This document shows positions 47,592-61,660 of a DNA stretch of 64,000 nucleotides, in pieces; within the stretch, counting starts at the first letter, position 1, and the number at the start of each line of letters is the position of its first letter. The notes beneath the pieces are model-generated. The model was not told the origin of the DNA and made no database searches. It worked only from the letters and a program-made list of their open reading frames with translations. A program made the translations under genes and the position numbers. This DNA is from the human T2T-CHM13v2.0 reference genome, Homo sapiens, in NCBI RefSeq assembly GCF_009914755.1, contig NC_060937.1; one strand, 5' to 3'.

Positions 47592-48736
47592 AGGACACTA
47601 CTTCTGGAGGCCCTATCAAGATTTGCAAAATAACCTTAAAGCTTTCTTTCAGTTGTAATAGTCAATACTTCTAAATATCATGATTTCCAATAGAAGTGCC
47701 CTGTACATCTACGGCATCTTCCCTCCTATTTTCTTTTTCTCTCTCCTTCCTCCTTTGGTGTTTTCATATCGTTGATTATTTCATTCACCCTGAATAGATT
47801 AGAAACCAACATGTGCAACAATCTCCTTACCAGTATTTGCTTCGTTGTAATCTTTATATAAGTTGAAATGTTCTATAAATGCCATGCATATACTTTGACC
47901 TTAGATGAAGTTTGCAATTTTATTATCACATTTGATTGCTTGCATTAATTCCTGATCTGAAATTGTTTTTAAAACTAAAATTAAAGAGAGGAATCTATGT
48001 TATCTGAGTAATCAAAAATGTCATTATATCTATTTCTACCATAAGGATTGAATTTTAAAATCTCATTCTTCTTTTCAAAAGGGGAAAAAATGCACAGTAA
48101 TTTAACAGGTGAGTCTACTGTGTTGTGTATGGTAGCTGTGATTTTAAGAATAGGATAAGTTGTCAACATTATCAAACTAGTAATGCAAGAAGAGGAGCGT
48201 TATTAGCTTTTTAATCTTTTGACTAAGATAAAATCAACATATTCTTTCTGTCTTTGTAGGCATAAACAAGTTAATTATATAGCCACCAATTCTAAGTGGG
48301 TCACTTATTACTTAGTTTATATGAAACATTTCAGATAAATAACTTCAGACTTACAGCATAACACAAAAACACTATATATATCTAAACCTGGATTCAGCAC
48401 AAAATTCTAAAGCTAAGCAATCAAGATTTTTAAAGTAATTTTTAATGAAAAATTTTCTAAATTATGTTTATGCCATCTCAAAGACATAAATTATCAAAAT
48501 TTTCAGTATTCCAAATCAACAGGTGATTCAGTGTCACTATTTGTCATTTCCTGGTGTCTCTAAATCTGGGTCTTGCTGTAATGATTACTATAGTCATAAA
48601 ACCTATTGCACTGGGTTTTGGGCTTTTCATCAGTGAAACAGTTTAGCTCAAATTGGAATTTCAGGCTATACCCTGAAGAGAAAAGATCTTCTGTTAAGTT
48701 ATAGAACTGACAAAGCAATTCTTTTAAAACAAAACA

Positions 48737-48813
48737 TTTTTGAGGTGTGATTAACATCAAAAGGCTGTACATATCTAATGTATACAATTTGATGAGTTTA
48801 AAAATAAGTATGA
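48737..48813 (-). mobile_element. L1MA 3'-terminal fragment
   Basis: 'tttgaggtgtgattaacatc...gctgtacatatctaatgtatacaatttgatgag'. Confidence 0.65.
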
Positions 48814-48871
48814 AAGTGGAAAAAAGGCTTATTTAGAGGTGATCAAATAATTTTTTTGAAATAGGCATTCT

Positions 48872-51125
48872 TGTTCTGGAAGCTAGCCTTGAAAGATGAC
48901 CCTGCAGTCCTACTACAATGAGCAGTGCCGCACAATACGCATACCCTGGAATCTGGGTTGGCCTTGTTACTCCCTTTTGATAGAATGCAGAAGTGATAGA
49001 GTATGACACATGACTTTCAATTTTAAGTCATAAGATGACTTGCAGCTTCTGACAAAATCTCTTGAAATGCTTGTTCCAGGAAAAGTTAGCTACCATGCTG
49101 TGAGAGAGCTCAAGATAGCCATGTCAGTGGCCCATGTGAAGACAGAAAAGGAGGAGAGACAAACAGAGGGAAAGACAGAGTGAGAGAAAGAGAGAGTTAG
49201 CCTCTACATATTATAAGCACCTAAAACTGTTCATCATTACATGAGTAAAGTGTGAATAATTTAAGCTACAAGCCCAGTTGAATATCCAGATGACTCCAAC
49301 TCCTATCACCTCTAATTGAACTGTATAAAGAGCTCCCAATTGGCCACCTGTGCTGTTCAAATCATATAACTGGGAAAGCTAATCTTAAATTGTTTTAGCG
49401 TTGTGTTTTGTTTTGGGCAATGGGGGTGTGTATGTAGCAATTGATAACTGAGATAGGATTTCTTACCAGGGATATGAAGTATGTCCATTACAAAAACCTC
49501 ATATACATGGCACTGTCTTTGGGATGAAATGGTGATCTTCAAACCATAAAATACCAACAAGAGATTAGTTAAAGGCTAAAGGACAGAGAGAAAATTGTTA
49601 TTAGAGGCTGAATAAAAACAGACATATGTTAAATGGTGACAAAAAAGTTTGGCAAAACTCTGGAAAATAGAAATAAGCCTAATTTACTAGTGAAGTTGGC
49701 TAAAGAGATTGCCACTCGGAGTGTTTAATGTGCCAATGCATTTATTTTAGCTGTATTTAATAAAGCATGTCCGGAGAGACATGAACTAAAGAAGGAGCTG
49801 TTCGGTTTCAAGCCAGATATAGAGAAAATATTTCAGAAACAGAACCTACTGGATTCAAAATGAACTGCCCTATAATTGCATATTTCTCACCCCTAGAAAA
49901 ACTCTCAGATAAGAAATAACTTCAGCCAGCAAGACTCTTTGTTAATACATCAAAATATTTATGGCAGTGCATAGCCAATCTGTTCAGTGAGACTAAAAGA
50001 TTTCTAAGAATTATAAGGGCATTGCCCAACAGCACTCTGATTCTCAACCCAAGGCAGAGAGAGCCCTGTCTCAAAACAGATTTCTGAGTGTGGCTTCTGT
50101 CCACGCATGTGAATTAACATGTAACACAAAAGAGAAGAAAGAAATGTTAAGGAAATTATACCAGCTTGGTCTGTAAGTGACAAAGATAGCTCAAAATGAA
50201 AGGAGGGCATTTAGGTTCCAGAACTTCTACAACAATAAAATAGAATAAGAAAGCTATTCAGCATCAAATATGGTCACTTTTTTTATGGAAAAGAAAGAAT
50301 GAATCAGAAGGTAGAGGCAAGAGGCACAGAGAACCAAAGATCCAGCAGTAGGAACTTGATAGGATTTGAGAACTGCTACTAGTAACAGCAATGTGTCCTG
50401 TGTTGCCCTCTTTTTGAATAAAAGTATGTGTTGAAGTGTTCCCATCCATGTCTTATAAAGTGCATGTATTTGTAGAACCCAGATAATCTCCTTTCACAAT
50501 TATCAGGTCATGAGGAGTCACACCTAAGGAATTACACATGAGAAACCACGCCAGAAGACGCTAACCTACTCTTGGAACTATTTAGATGGTAAATTCCCAG
50601 GCTAGTTTCTGATGTCTTATTAGATGAGACTTTTGGCATCTTGGGATAGTCTGAGTGCATTTTGAAAGTAGCAAGAATGTAAAATAACTTGTGGTTGGTG
50701 GTGGCTGCAAATTCTTTGCCACCCATCTTTTCCAGAGGCAGAATATGGGCTGGCTTTATGCTTTAACCAATAAAACATAGTGGAAGTGATGATGTTTCCT
50801 TTTCTGGCTGATGTCTGTAAGAAGATTTGACAACTTCTGCTCCTTCCTCTTGGAAAACAGCAGCCATGTCCAACTACCTTGAGACCTCCATTCTCAGAAG
50901 ACCAGCCTAGCCACACAGAAAGTGAGAGACTATGTAGAAAGAACTGAGATATCAAACATATGAATGAAAGTTTCTTGGGCCTTCCAGCCAACCAAGGTAA
51001 GAGCAAGAACTGAGGTCCTAGAGGTATATATCCCCAATTTATCTATACTGGCTCCCCAGCTTAGTCTCCAGGCATGGAGGAACTGAAACAAGTCATCCCT
51101 ATACACCCCCCTGAATTCTTGGACA
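48872..51125 (+). mobile_element. Near-complete MLT1G/H-type MaLR provirus (LTR ~48872-49455, internal ~49456-50688, LTR ~50689-51125)
   Basis: First LTR ends 'tatgtagcaattgataactgagata'. MLT1-int hallmarks 'tttggcaaaactctggaaaatagaaa...ggctaaagagatt'. Second LTR starts near 'gtggctgcaaattctttgcca'. Confidence 0.75.
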
Positions 51126-52148
51126 AAATTAAAAGGTCGTTCCTTCAGGTAGGTGATAGAGTCTATTCCCCAGTTGTCTAGGAGGTAAGAGAAAGTTTTA
51201 CCCGAAACAAGATCTGACCGTGGGCAGACTGATCTCATGGAAATGGGAAATAATGGCATACATTTTGATTGGAGCTTGGTGGAAAACACTATAAAATGTT
51301 TCAAGACCAGGTACTGGTAAGAAGGTGTCAAAAAGGGTATGTGGCCCTGGTTGAACAGGCCACAGGCATGGGGGATTCTGAGGAGGCATGTGCCTTAATG
51401 GAAATTAGAGATATCCCTAAATAGACCTTTTGCCAACATCGGAATTCATTCAAAAGCTTATCCTGCTATCAGATTCATATATTAAGTAAACAGTTTGCAA
51501 ACTATCTTTTAGTTGAAGATAGTAACCAAAAACTACACATTAATCTATTTCTTGAAAAGAAGGGAAATTGCAGTCATATTCCTTTTACCAATTGTATTTT
51601 ATTTCAGAATTTCTTGATTTTTATTTAAGGCAACAAATGGTCTCAGTTAAAAATAATCCTTCCTAACCACTTTTTAAAAATATGTTTAACAAGTTCTGTT
51701 CAAGATTCATTACCATATCTGGCTTCTAGATTTCACTTAATCATCACAAACAGATTAAATTTTTTTCCTAGTATGATTGCTTCTAAATATTGGTCATTCT
51801 CAAGCAATGTTGGATGGAAAAGCATCACAATCATTTCTAACATGTTTCATGTTTCTTAAGTATGTGTGGAGTTCTTGGCACTGTACAAGTTGTTTTAATT
51901 AGGCATGTTTTCTCATGGGATGACATGATAAATGCAAAATACTCGAAGTACATAAAGAGTATGATGTTTAAATATAAAAAAGGGTTACAAAAGACCAAAG
52001 GGATTTCTTAGTAATTGATTTTTTATTAATAAGAGAGGGAATTCTAAAAAAAAAATTATAAATGGTGTTATAAAAGCATGAAGAAGGATGCTTTTCCAGT
52101 CATGGGAAGCCATTAAATTCTGGAGAATAACCACAGCTATTTGGAACC

Positions 52149-52514
52149 TGTCCATTTGTGCTGCTATAACAAAATTCTTGAGACTAGTAATTTATAAAGA
52201 ACAAAAATTTATTTTCTCACAGTTCTTGAGTCTGGCAAATCCAAGATCAAGGTGTTGGCAGGTGTGGTTATCCAGTGAATGCTGCTTTCTACTTCCAAGA
52301 TGGTGACTTCCTCTGAGGGGAGGAATGCTGTGTTCTCATGTGGCAGTAGGGGGAAGGCTTAAGGGAACCCTGTGAAGCTTCTTTTATAAGGACCTTAATT
52401 GCATTCATAAGAGAGGGAAACTCATGGCCTAATCACCTCTTGAAGATCCTGCTTCTTAATACTATTGCATTGGCAACACCTAAATTTTGGAAAGGACACA
52501 TTCAAACTATAACA
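52149..52514 (-). mobile_element. MSTD/MLT1A-type MaLR LTR
   Basis: 'gtccatttgtgctgctataacaaaat...ccaagatcaagg...cacattcaaactataaca'. Confidence 0.88.
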
Positions 52515-54169
52515 AACCCACAGTGGAATTTCAAATAAATGTTGGTGACTGTCAGGATGCTGGTTTGTAATATAATAGTGTTTGATGTCAATTTTTTTTT
52601 TTGCTGAAAACATATTTTCTTCCTGCCAAAATTTTTCCATTTCCTGAAATTCCTCAAAATAGATTGCACAAAAATTGTCAAAACTCTCTTTAACAAAAGT
52701 TAATTAACACATAATTTAAAAATTAAACTAAGTATATTTTATTAAAATGAAATTTTGTTAAAATGAAATTAAGTCAAGTTAAATATCATTTGGGGAGGAA
52801 TACAAATCTTTTTGTATTTAAAATTCTATTACATTTTTTCCCTGCATTATTATTCCTCCTTACATCTTAATGGGATGTAAGAGTATGTACCAAGGGGCAA
52901 ATAAGATCTTTTATACTAGTTGCCAGAGAGATTTCATTTGTGATTTGGAAAATTCATTCATACTCCAAAGATATTATATTCAAAGAATTCACTTAAGAAG
53001 TCTTCAACATGAAATCTTAGAGAGAAAAATATAATTTGATAACAGGACAAATAATCTTTTAGTTATGTTAGACAGTTATGTAAATATGTATAATTCTTTT
53101 GTAATAAGTTACAGAAGAAACTTATTACAAAATGAACTCATATGGAAGATATGTATAGGTATGACATATTTGCATCTGTATCTGTCCCGAGAAGCAATTT
53201 TGATTCACCTATTTCTTGAAAAAAGTAGAAAGTTAGATAATTTCTACTGTTTTAAAGAAATAATAACACAACTGCTGTATTTTTTTTATGATGTGAATTT
53301 AAATTAGATTCAGATAAAAAAGAATTATTATGCCATTCAGTTTTATAAAAAGCTACAACAGACAGATTTCTTCTTTAAACCTACCGACTTTACTAGCATT
53401 TAATAGGTTATTTTATATCTTCATAATTAATAATTGTATGCAATGCTTATGAATTATATTATTTAAAAATAGGACAAAATATCAACAAATTCAAGTATAT
53501 GTGCTGTCTTTATCCTTTGACTATTCTTAAGCTTTCATTTGCTTTCTTTAAATATATCTGATTGTATCACTTATGCCTGATGACTATTTTCAGATAATGA
53601 ACAATGGTATTTTTAATTGTCTGGAGAAGAGTTCTTCCACTCTATAGTTTTGATCCCTCTAGTAAATAGTATATAAGTAGAAGAGAAAAAACCCTATTGA
53701 GTAGGCTAGAGTAAGCTATAAAAATCCAATTATTTCTCAATTATATTCTCACAAAAATATATATGGATGGAAACGGCCTGAGAAGAAAAATTAAAGCCAA
53801 CATTACTTTTACATGGACTTTCTTCTCTCAGAGAAATGTAGAATCTGAGATCTGTAAGGCCCACAGTGTCAGAAAGCTGGGCTACATTAATTGTGATTAC
53901 CTCTCCTTTTTCTTCTTCTATTTTAAAAACACTGGCTTATTCTGGCTCTGCAGAGATAGCTCACCAAACAGGGAACTCCTCAGTATCTGGCCCTCAACTT
54001 ACAAAGGAGAGTATTATTTTGAAGACCCAGGTTAATAATGTCAATGGGAATTTCTTTGTGTTAAAATTAAATGGCTAGGGAAATTATAGTTCATTATTTG
54101 TGTATCATATTTAGCAATTTATAAATTTATTTTCTGAAGGGAGGATATTATCCAATGATATTTTAAACA

Positions 54170-54535
54170 ATTATATCATATTTTAATTTTTGCATGGGAT
54201 CTTACAACTGGTGTTCAATTCTATTCTTTAGCGATATTCCTCACAAAGCATCTTTGTAAAGGATCGATTGGAGTCATTGCTTCCCATGACAAACCATTTA
54301 AATGTCACACATTTATCTTCAAGGGTTATTTTTTACACAAAGTAAATGTTTGTTTTCCTATGGCTTCTATCCATCTCTTCTTCCTGGAATAAAAGGGAGT
54401 AAGATTTAAGTCTTCTTCCATGTTATAAATATTTAGATATTTGAAGAAAATTGTAACATCCATCCTTCCAGGCTTAGCATACTGATTTACTTCTATCATT
54501 TCTCAAGTGATATTTTTTTGGCTCCCTACACCACT
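54170..54535 (-). mobile_element. L3/CR1 fragment
   Basis: 'tcttcttccatg...agatatttgaaga...tccaggcttagcat' follows the L3 consensus. Confidence 0.6.
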
Positions 54536-57267
54536 GCCATGCACAAATGTGAGGCCAAAAAATACTTGTTGAACAAAGTAGAAAATAAACCCCTATGTGT
54601 ATGGGAAAAGATAGGGAATTAAAAGAAAATTAGAAAGATAGGAAAGTAAAAACATTTCCTAAAGTCTTTAGCCTTGAATGGGACAGAGAATTAATGAATA
54701 TTCAGATCTTCTTAACATATTATTCTAGTTTCCCTTAACCTGTAAATATAAGGCTGGGGATGTTAAATATTATTAATATAAGAAGATAGGGAATGTGTTC
54801 ATTAGGAGGCTACTGAAGCATAGCAGTGACATCTTTCTTTGCCCATGAAGCTATGTTTTTTAATAGTAATTTAGATTTTATATGCATTTTTTTCATGTAC
54901 TATTTCATTCGTAGCAGAAAGATTCTAGAGCATTGAATTTTGGTTCGAAGTCTTACTTTTAAAGTGTATACAGGTGTGTATGTCTCTAGACCAGCATGCA
55001 TGTAATGTACTAACAAAAAACATATTCACGTTTTTTCAACAACCATGTGAAAATCGCATGTATTGAAATCCAGATGGTAGTTTAGAGAGTTATCTGTTAC
55101 TGTATGTGATCTTGTCTTTAGGCACTTTTTAAAAAAGAAGGCATTGAAGCATGACATCCTCCCTTTCTGCCTCTGCTTTCTTTATGGGATATGTACTCAA
55201 AGAGGGCTTAACAGAGCAGTGGCTTCACAAGGGAATAGGGAGTTTAATGAATCATACATACTTTATTTGAAAAATATCAATAACCATTCAGTGGTCTATT
55301 CTTGCATAAACTGAATAAAAATCTCTATATAAATGGTGCATAGCTTTTTTTATGAATCATGCTCTATTTTTTAGTACAATGCTAAATCTTCTTAAAACGT
55401 GTAGTTTTACCTGCCAAGCCTAAGATAAATTTCCATCAGTGATTAAAGACTAGTTCCATTCCCTATAATCCTTGTCAATTATATGAATAGGCAGTAATGG
55501 ATCACTTTATTTTCTCTGGTTATTAAAACACAAAATAGTAATGCAAATGCACTGTACAATGTCTCCTTACTAGATTGGCAGTGTAATTTATTTAATCAAA
55601 TTCAGAAGTCAAAGACAGAGAAACAGGAGTCAGTCTCCTAAAGTCTATGTGGGACAAAAACGTATTGAGCTGTGATATACGTACAAAAAGTCAGAATACA
55701 AATTTTAAGTCTTCCAGAGTTCTCTCTTACCATCACACTCACACATAATATTTAGTAAAGAACATTTCAATTTCATTTATAAAGCTATAATTTTTAAACT
55801 GTATCTTCAATGTGGACATTCACATTCACTCTGAAGGAAGAGAGTTGATCCTTAAAGGCTATGACTGTGAGGACCATTCATTTTAAAATTTTTAAGTCAC
55901 AAAGGATAGAACTGAGTCAGATTTGGATTTATCAAAAAGGTTAAATAAAAAGCAGATAGCAGTGTCAGAAAGAGAAGATATGTGGCCCCCTCCTCACTGG
56001 ACAAGGCTATGAAGAAGCAGCTGGTGGAATCAGGTGTAGATTTTTAAAAAGTGTAATGTTGCTGGCATTATCTCCATGATACTCGTGACCACTGCTTTGA
56101 GTGAAAATTTAATAAAATTAACACTACTTTCTTGATTTATTTTTTCTTTTCTTCTTAATCTTCCCTTCAAGATTAAACTCATCAGCACTTGACAAAAACT
56201 GCAAATAACAGCCAGATGCAGGAGTTGGTTTTATCTTTTTATGCAAGTATGTGGTGCTAATTAGTGCAAATTGATTAAACTTTAATTGCCTGATCCATGG
56301 CTAATTAATATTTATAAGATGAATGAGCAGGAAAACCAGACATTTATTAAAACACTTTAATGATTTTTCATATGTTTTGACAAAGCAAAGCAAATAGATG
56401 TTATGAGTATGGATGTGCTAGACTAGGGGAGTGTATCTGTTGCCTTCTTCTACCTGTGAATGCCCTAAAAGTCTACATTAACTTTTAAACACATAAATTG
56501 TAAACTTATTTTTCTTTGGGTCCCTCTTCAAATTATTTCCAGATATTTTTGCTATTAAGCCACCCTGTTATTTATGACATAATTATAGCAGTGATAGATA
56601 TTAAAATTAACACATGCATAAAATTATTTATTTTACTATTATTTATATTATGTATTCATGTATTACAATAGCCATGTGTTAGTACGATGTAAAATGTGTA
56701 TTTTTAAGCAATAAAATGTATACCAATATTTTTATTTATTTAAGATTTTAAATTTTTTGAAAAAAATAATAATTAGAATATCAATTAAGATCATTAATCA
56801 TTTGAATATTTAAATTACATAGATCTGATATGTTTCCATTTAATTATCTTGGTGCCTAAAGTTATAATCCAGGGTTCATTCTTAACTGTAAAACTAATTT
56901 GACACATTGAAAGCAGTATATGTTAGGTGTACATTGTTCAAAAGTAAGATATATTTATTTCTAAAAAATGTCATTTTGCACATAATCAGTAAAATAATTG
57001 TTACATATAATTATTCACAATAATATCAGCTTATTTAGAATGGTAAATGTCTGTTCATTATCTTGATATTTCACAATTAATTCACACAGTCAATATATTT
57101 TCAGTAAAAAGTTTTTTCAAAGAAAAACGTTTTGTAAACTTGATAAAATTCTGTATCTTTGTTTTTTATATCCTACATTTAACTTTTATGTTTAATTCTC
57201 TAGCATAACAAAGCAGACCCTAGTTCATACTTTCTTGTATATATATCTCTACGTATGTCACTATTTT

Positions 57268-57358
57268 TTTTATTTTTATTTTATTTTATTTTATTTTTTT
57301 TATTATACTTTAAGTTTTAGGGTACATGTACACATTGTGCAGGTTAGTTACATATGTA
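57268..57358 (-). mobile_element. Ultra-short L1PA2/L1HS-like 3' stub with poly-A tail
   Basis: 'ttattatactttaagttttagggtacatgtacacattgtgcaggttagttacatatgta'. Flanks tatgtcactatttt / tatgtaactatttt. Confidence 0.9.
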
Positions 57359-57618
57359 ACTATTTTAAGTGATTATTGTGATCTTGATATTTGGTAAAAT
57401 TTTTTTTTACCCAAAATCATTTTGTAGTCTTAACAAAAATGATTTTAAATGATTTTCTAAATTAAGTAGGTTAAAATATCAAAATGATCACCTACATAAT
57501 TATTACTTACTTTAAGTTAATGCATAATAAATTCTAAAATGAAAAGTCAGCCCGCTTCCCTTTTCTCAATTCTTCCATCTGAAAATGTTGCAAATTTTAT
57601 TAAAGTTATATCAGCAAT

Positions 57619-58049
57619 TGTGATGGTCTTTTGATGGGTCAACATGGCTAGGCTACAGCTGATAGTTATTTAATCCAACACTGATCTAGATGTTCCTATG
57701 AAGGTATTTTGTAGATGTGAATGAAGTTCAAAATCAGTTGATAACTGGTAGTGATAATCATAATCGTAAACAAGATTATCCTAGGTAATCTAGGTGGACT
57801 TGATTCAGTCAGCTGCTAAATCTAAAGAGCAGAGCCCAGGCTTCCAGGATAAAGAACAAATTTCACCTGTGAACTGCAACTTCTGCCTGTGCCTAAGAGT
57901 TCCAGCCTGTCTTTTTTGATAGTCAGCCATATAAATTTTAGGTCGGCTATGCCGGTTCCCACAACCATGTAAGTTAATTCCCTCCAATAAGTATCTTAAG
58001 ATATATTTTCTACTGGTTCTACTTCTCTGTTGGAAATCTGACTGAAACA
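57619..58049 (+). mobile_element. MLT2D-type ERVL solo LTR
   Basis: 'tgtgatggt...gtcaacatggctaggcta' through 'ctactggttctacttctctg...ctgactgaaaca'. Confidence 0.88.
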
Positions 58050-58109
58050 GAAATCAAAATACTTAATAACTTCCATAAGAAATCATATGAACAGATATGC
58101 GCACAATGA

Positions 58110-58990
58110 CAAAATAATGAGATGAGTACTAAGCAGGTATGGACAATTTCATGCAAGGAGATATAGAATGGAAGATCTAAATGGGAAAAGAGGTAGTGTA
58201 AGGTGGAGTAGAATGGGTGGTGGATGAGTAGAGTGGAGCAGAACATTTCTAGCAAAGGTTAAAAAAATTACCAATGCATGAGGCATGTGGAGATCATTGT
58301 TCCTATAGTGCCATTATCTATATTTCTAGGGGAAAATGGCATTGGATGGAGTCTGCAACTTGTTATCCAAGACAGATGACAAACTGTCTTGGATAACAAG
58401 AACGGTTAATGGATTTATTGAAGGGGTATGCTGATTAAATACATTTAGAAGGGGATAGTCACAATCAGATTTCGGTTTAGGAAGTCTGGCAAAACTATTG
58501 AGGGAGAACTGACTACATAAAGATGAGTTAGGTGGGTTTTGTTTGTATGTTATTTGTTTTGCTTGTATGCATTTTGTTTTTGTTTTTAATCTATAGAGAT
58601 AATGAAGCTTCAAACCAAGATAATGGCCATGCGTGGGGATAGATAGTAGAAAATGAACTTGAAAGATGTCAGGTATTATTAGGGTGAATTAAATGTGGGC
58701 AATGATGGAGGGGGAAACTTAGAACCCTAGTTTTCCAATTTGGGCAAGTATGTGGAAAAGAATGTTGGGCACAATGTTCAGAAATAAAACAACATAATAG
58801 AAATAAGTACATTTCTGGGAGTTTCTAATTTTACTTGCCAGGATATTTTCAACTGAAGATTTCTACCAGAAAGTTTAGGAGTTCAAAAATAAGAATTATA
58901 TTAGAAATACCAAGTTGTGGCTGAAGATATGTGGATGCCTATGACTTCCAAGGAAGCAAGTGTATGTTAGGTAAATAAGTGGACAGAAGA
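58110..58990 (-). mobile_element. L2 fragments
   Basis: Purine-rich L2-like segments 'agaacatttctagcaaagg' and 'acaatcagatttcggtttagga'. Confidence 0.55.
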
Positions 58991-59204
58991 ATTTATTTTG
59001 TCTTTAAGCTAATTTCATGTTAAATAAAATTTCAAGTGTATTGCATTGCTTTCAGGCTATGTCTGGAAATTAAAAACATTTTTATTACATTTTTACCTTT
59101 AAAACAAATTACTTATGTTTCTTTTAAATAGAATATTTTAAATACCTGACCAGATAATTCTCTTTTTTAAACTATTCCATAATTCATCCACTAACTTAAG
59201 AGTT

Positions 59205-59330
59205 TACTCATTCATTTACTCAAGCTAATATTTAGCATCTAACATGTTCTAAGCTGTGTGCTATGTACCATAACATGGAGAGAAAAGCCTTCACATATAA
59301 TGTCTAGGTCTTGCCCATATATTTAAAGAT
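59205..59330 (-). mobile_element. L2 3' end
   Basis: 'tcattcatttactcaagctaatatttagcatctaac...gctgtgtgcta'. Confidence 0.5.
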
Positions 59331-59961
59331 CAACTTCTGACTGAAGAGAATCGGAAGACATTTAAATTGTAAATAATATTTTTAATATTAAGGTATTTTC
59401 TATAATGTATATGTCTCTTCGTATCTAATGGAAAATTATATATTAAAACATAAACTTCAGTCAAAGCCTTTACAACATTTAACGTCTGTGAGGCCAGGAG
59501 ATAGCAGAGGGCCTCAAAGAAGGAAGATTCTAATTTTAAGAAAGAGCATTAGAATGGACAGAAACAAATTTTGACCCTGGAATTCAAACTCAGTGAAAGT
59601 ATATTACCCAAGACAAATAAATGTTCCGTTCTCATTTGATAACAAAGTGCGATGACAGCATAATGAAGAGAAAAAGGAAGAGGAAGAAGAGTAATGGTAG
59701 GAGCAATAAACGGAAGATCTCCAAGGATCGGTACCCCAAAAGGCAAGAGCAAACCTATGTCTACCAAGAGAGGTATGAATATACTGAAAAGGCTTGAGAT
59801 TGCTCACAGAAATTGACTCAGAGGGCTCCCAGGTGGAGAAGATTTCGTTACTCATATAGGTGATCAGAAGCTATTTAACCACCTGTCAGGTTTGCTTCTG
59901 AGATACAACTGACAAAGTATGATGACTATCTGACCTCCTATCTCTAGTCTATTACAACTAA

Positions 59962-60123
59962 CAGCGTGGCCCAGCAACATAGTGACCAAAAACATAGGTG
60001 TCACTTATGAGCTTGTTAGACAGTCAGAAACTCAGGCTCCTCCCAGTGTCTACTAAATCAGAACACTCTTGTTTAAAAATTCAGAAGTTGATTTGTATAT
60101 ACATCAAATTTTGAGAAGCACTG
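59962..60123. mobile_element. MER5A-type hAT MITE
   Basis: 'gagcttgttaga...ctcaggctcctccc...tactaaatcagaa...tttgagaagcactg'. Confidence 0.82.
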
Positions 60124-61102
60124 CTTAAGCAAATCTCACTTATACCTAACCCAAAATCTCTGCATAAGGCCAACGATGTCACACAATACAATTTGTTTGA
60201 TTTTTTTCCCCTAGCCAGATGCCTTGCTGTAACTCCACTTACAGTGAGAAAGCTAAGTATTTAAAGTACTATACATTAGAAAACTCAGGTTATACCTCAT
60301 TAAATAAAATGTATGACTTGCTCCATTCCTCCAATAAGTTTAAAATACCCAGTTGTGTTGACACACCTCTCTTAAATTGAGGGAGATCACACAAAACCAA
60401 TAAAACTATAAATTAATCATTCATTCTTTATAATTATTGTAAATGTCAAATGTGATTTTAGACTCTATATTTTTTAAGTAATGTCTAGCCTAGTAGAGAT
60501 TAAACATACCCTCCCAACACACACACACAAGTAAAAAGAGAGGGAAATCATACTTACTAGCAATTAAGAAAAATAATAAAAAGACAAGTATCATAGCATA
60601 AAACAAATGAATGTCAAGCAGAAGATTTGAATTTCATTTTTTGCACTACTACTTTAGTAATCATACAAGGATTTAACATCCCTGTGTCCCAACTTTCCTT
60701 CTTTAACCTAGATTATCTCTGAAATTACCTGTACATCTCTTCATTACACCTTAAGAAATTATAAGTCCTTAAAGAGAAATATTTTATTTTGACAATGGCT
60801 GTATGTATTTGTACTTACAACTTCAAAAATTCTGAAAGCCTATCATTGATTTGACAATTTCATTATTAGATGAAGACTTCTCTTTCCATAACTTTATTTT
60901 GTAGCATTTAATGGCATCTTATGTTATGCATGCTTTAAATTTGTGCGACATTATTTTATTTTCCCCATAAAATACGGACATTTTCATACTTTGTGTGTTA
61001 TTACACATGTGGATATAAACAGTAGACTTCACAACTACCCTAATCCTAAGAATCTTCCACTGATTTTCACAGGAAGTTTCACGTAGAAAGGGATAGATGG
61101 TC

Positions 61103-61660
61103 TGTTGTGGTTATTTAATGCTATATAACAAATTGCCCCAAAGCATAGTTGCTTAAAATAACACCAACATTTATTTTGTTCATGAGTCTGTAATCTGGGC
61201 AAGGCTTTGTGGAGAGTTCAACTGTGTTTCAATTGGCAGCAAGTGAGGTGGCTCCAAAGCTAAGTTACAGTATCATGTGAAGAAATATAAGTGTATTGAC
61301 TTGTATTTCTGGTGTTTTTTACTACATGTTGGCTGGGCTGAATGTTGGTCAGGACCTTAGCTAGGTAGTTGGTTGGAACTTCTTCTGTATATGGCCTCTC
61401 CAGGTGGCTGAGGCTTCCTCACAGCATGGTGCCCTAGGTTTCATTGGTGAGAGGAGAGAGAAAGAAAAAAAGACTCTGCCACCTTTTAAGACCTAATCTT
61501 AAAAGTCACATACATCACTTAATTGCATTTTATCCATGAGACAATCACAAAATCCAGACCAATTTTAAGGGGAGACTGCTCCATTTGATCAGACAGTAGT
61601 AGAAAAGTTCTGAAAGAGTATGTGGACACGGAACTATTGCTGTGCTCATCTTGAAAACCT
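61103..61660 (-). mobile_element. MLT1F-type MaLR LTR
   Basis: 'aacaaattgccccaaagcatagttgcttaaaa', 'ggcttcctcacagcatgg', 'aagtcacatacatcactt'. Confidence 0.8.
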
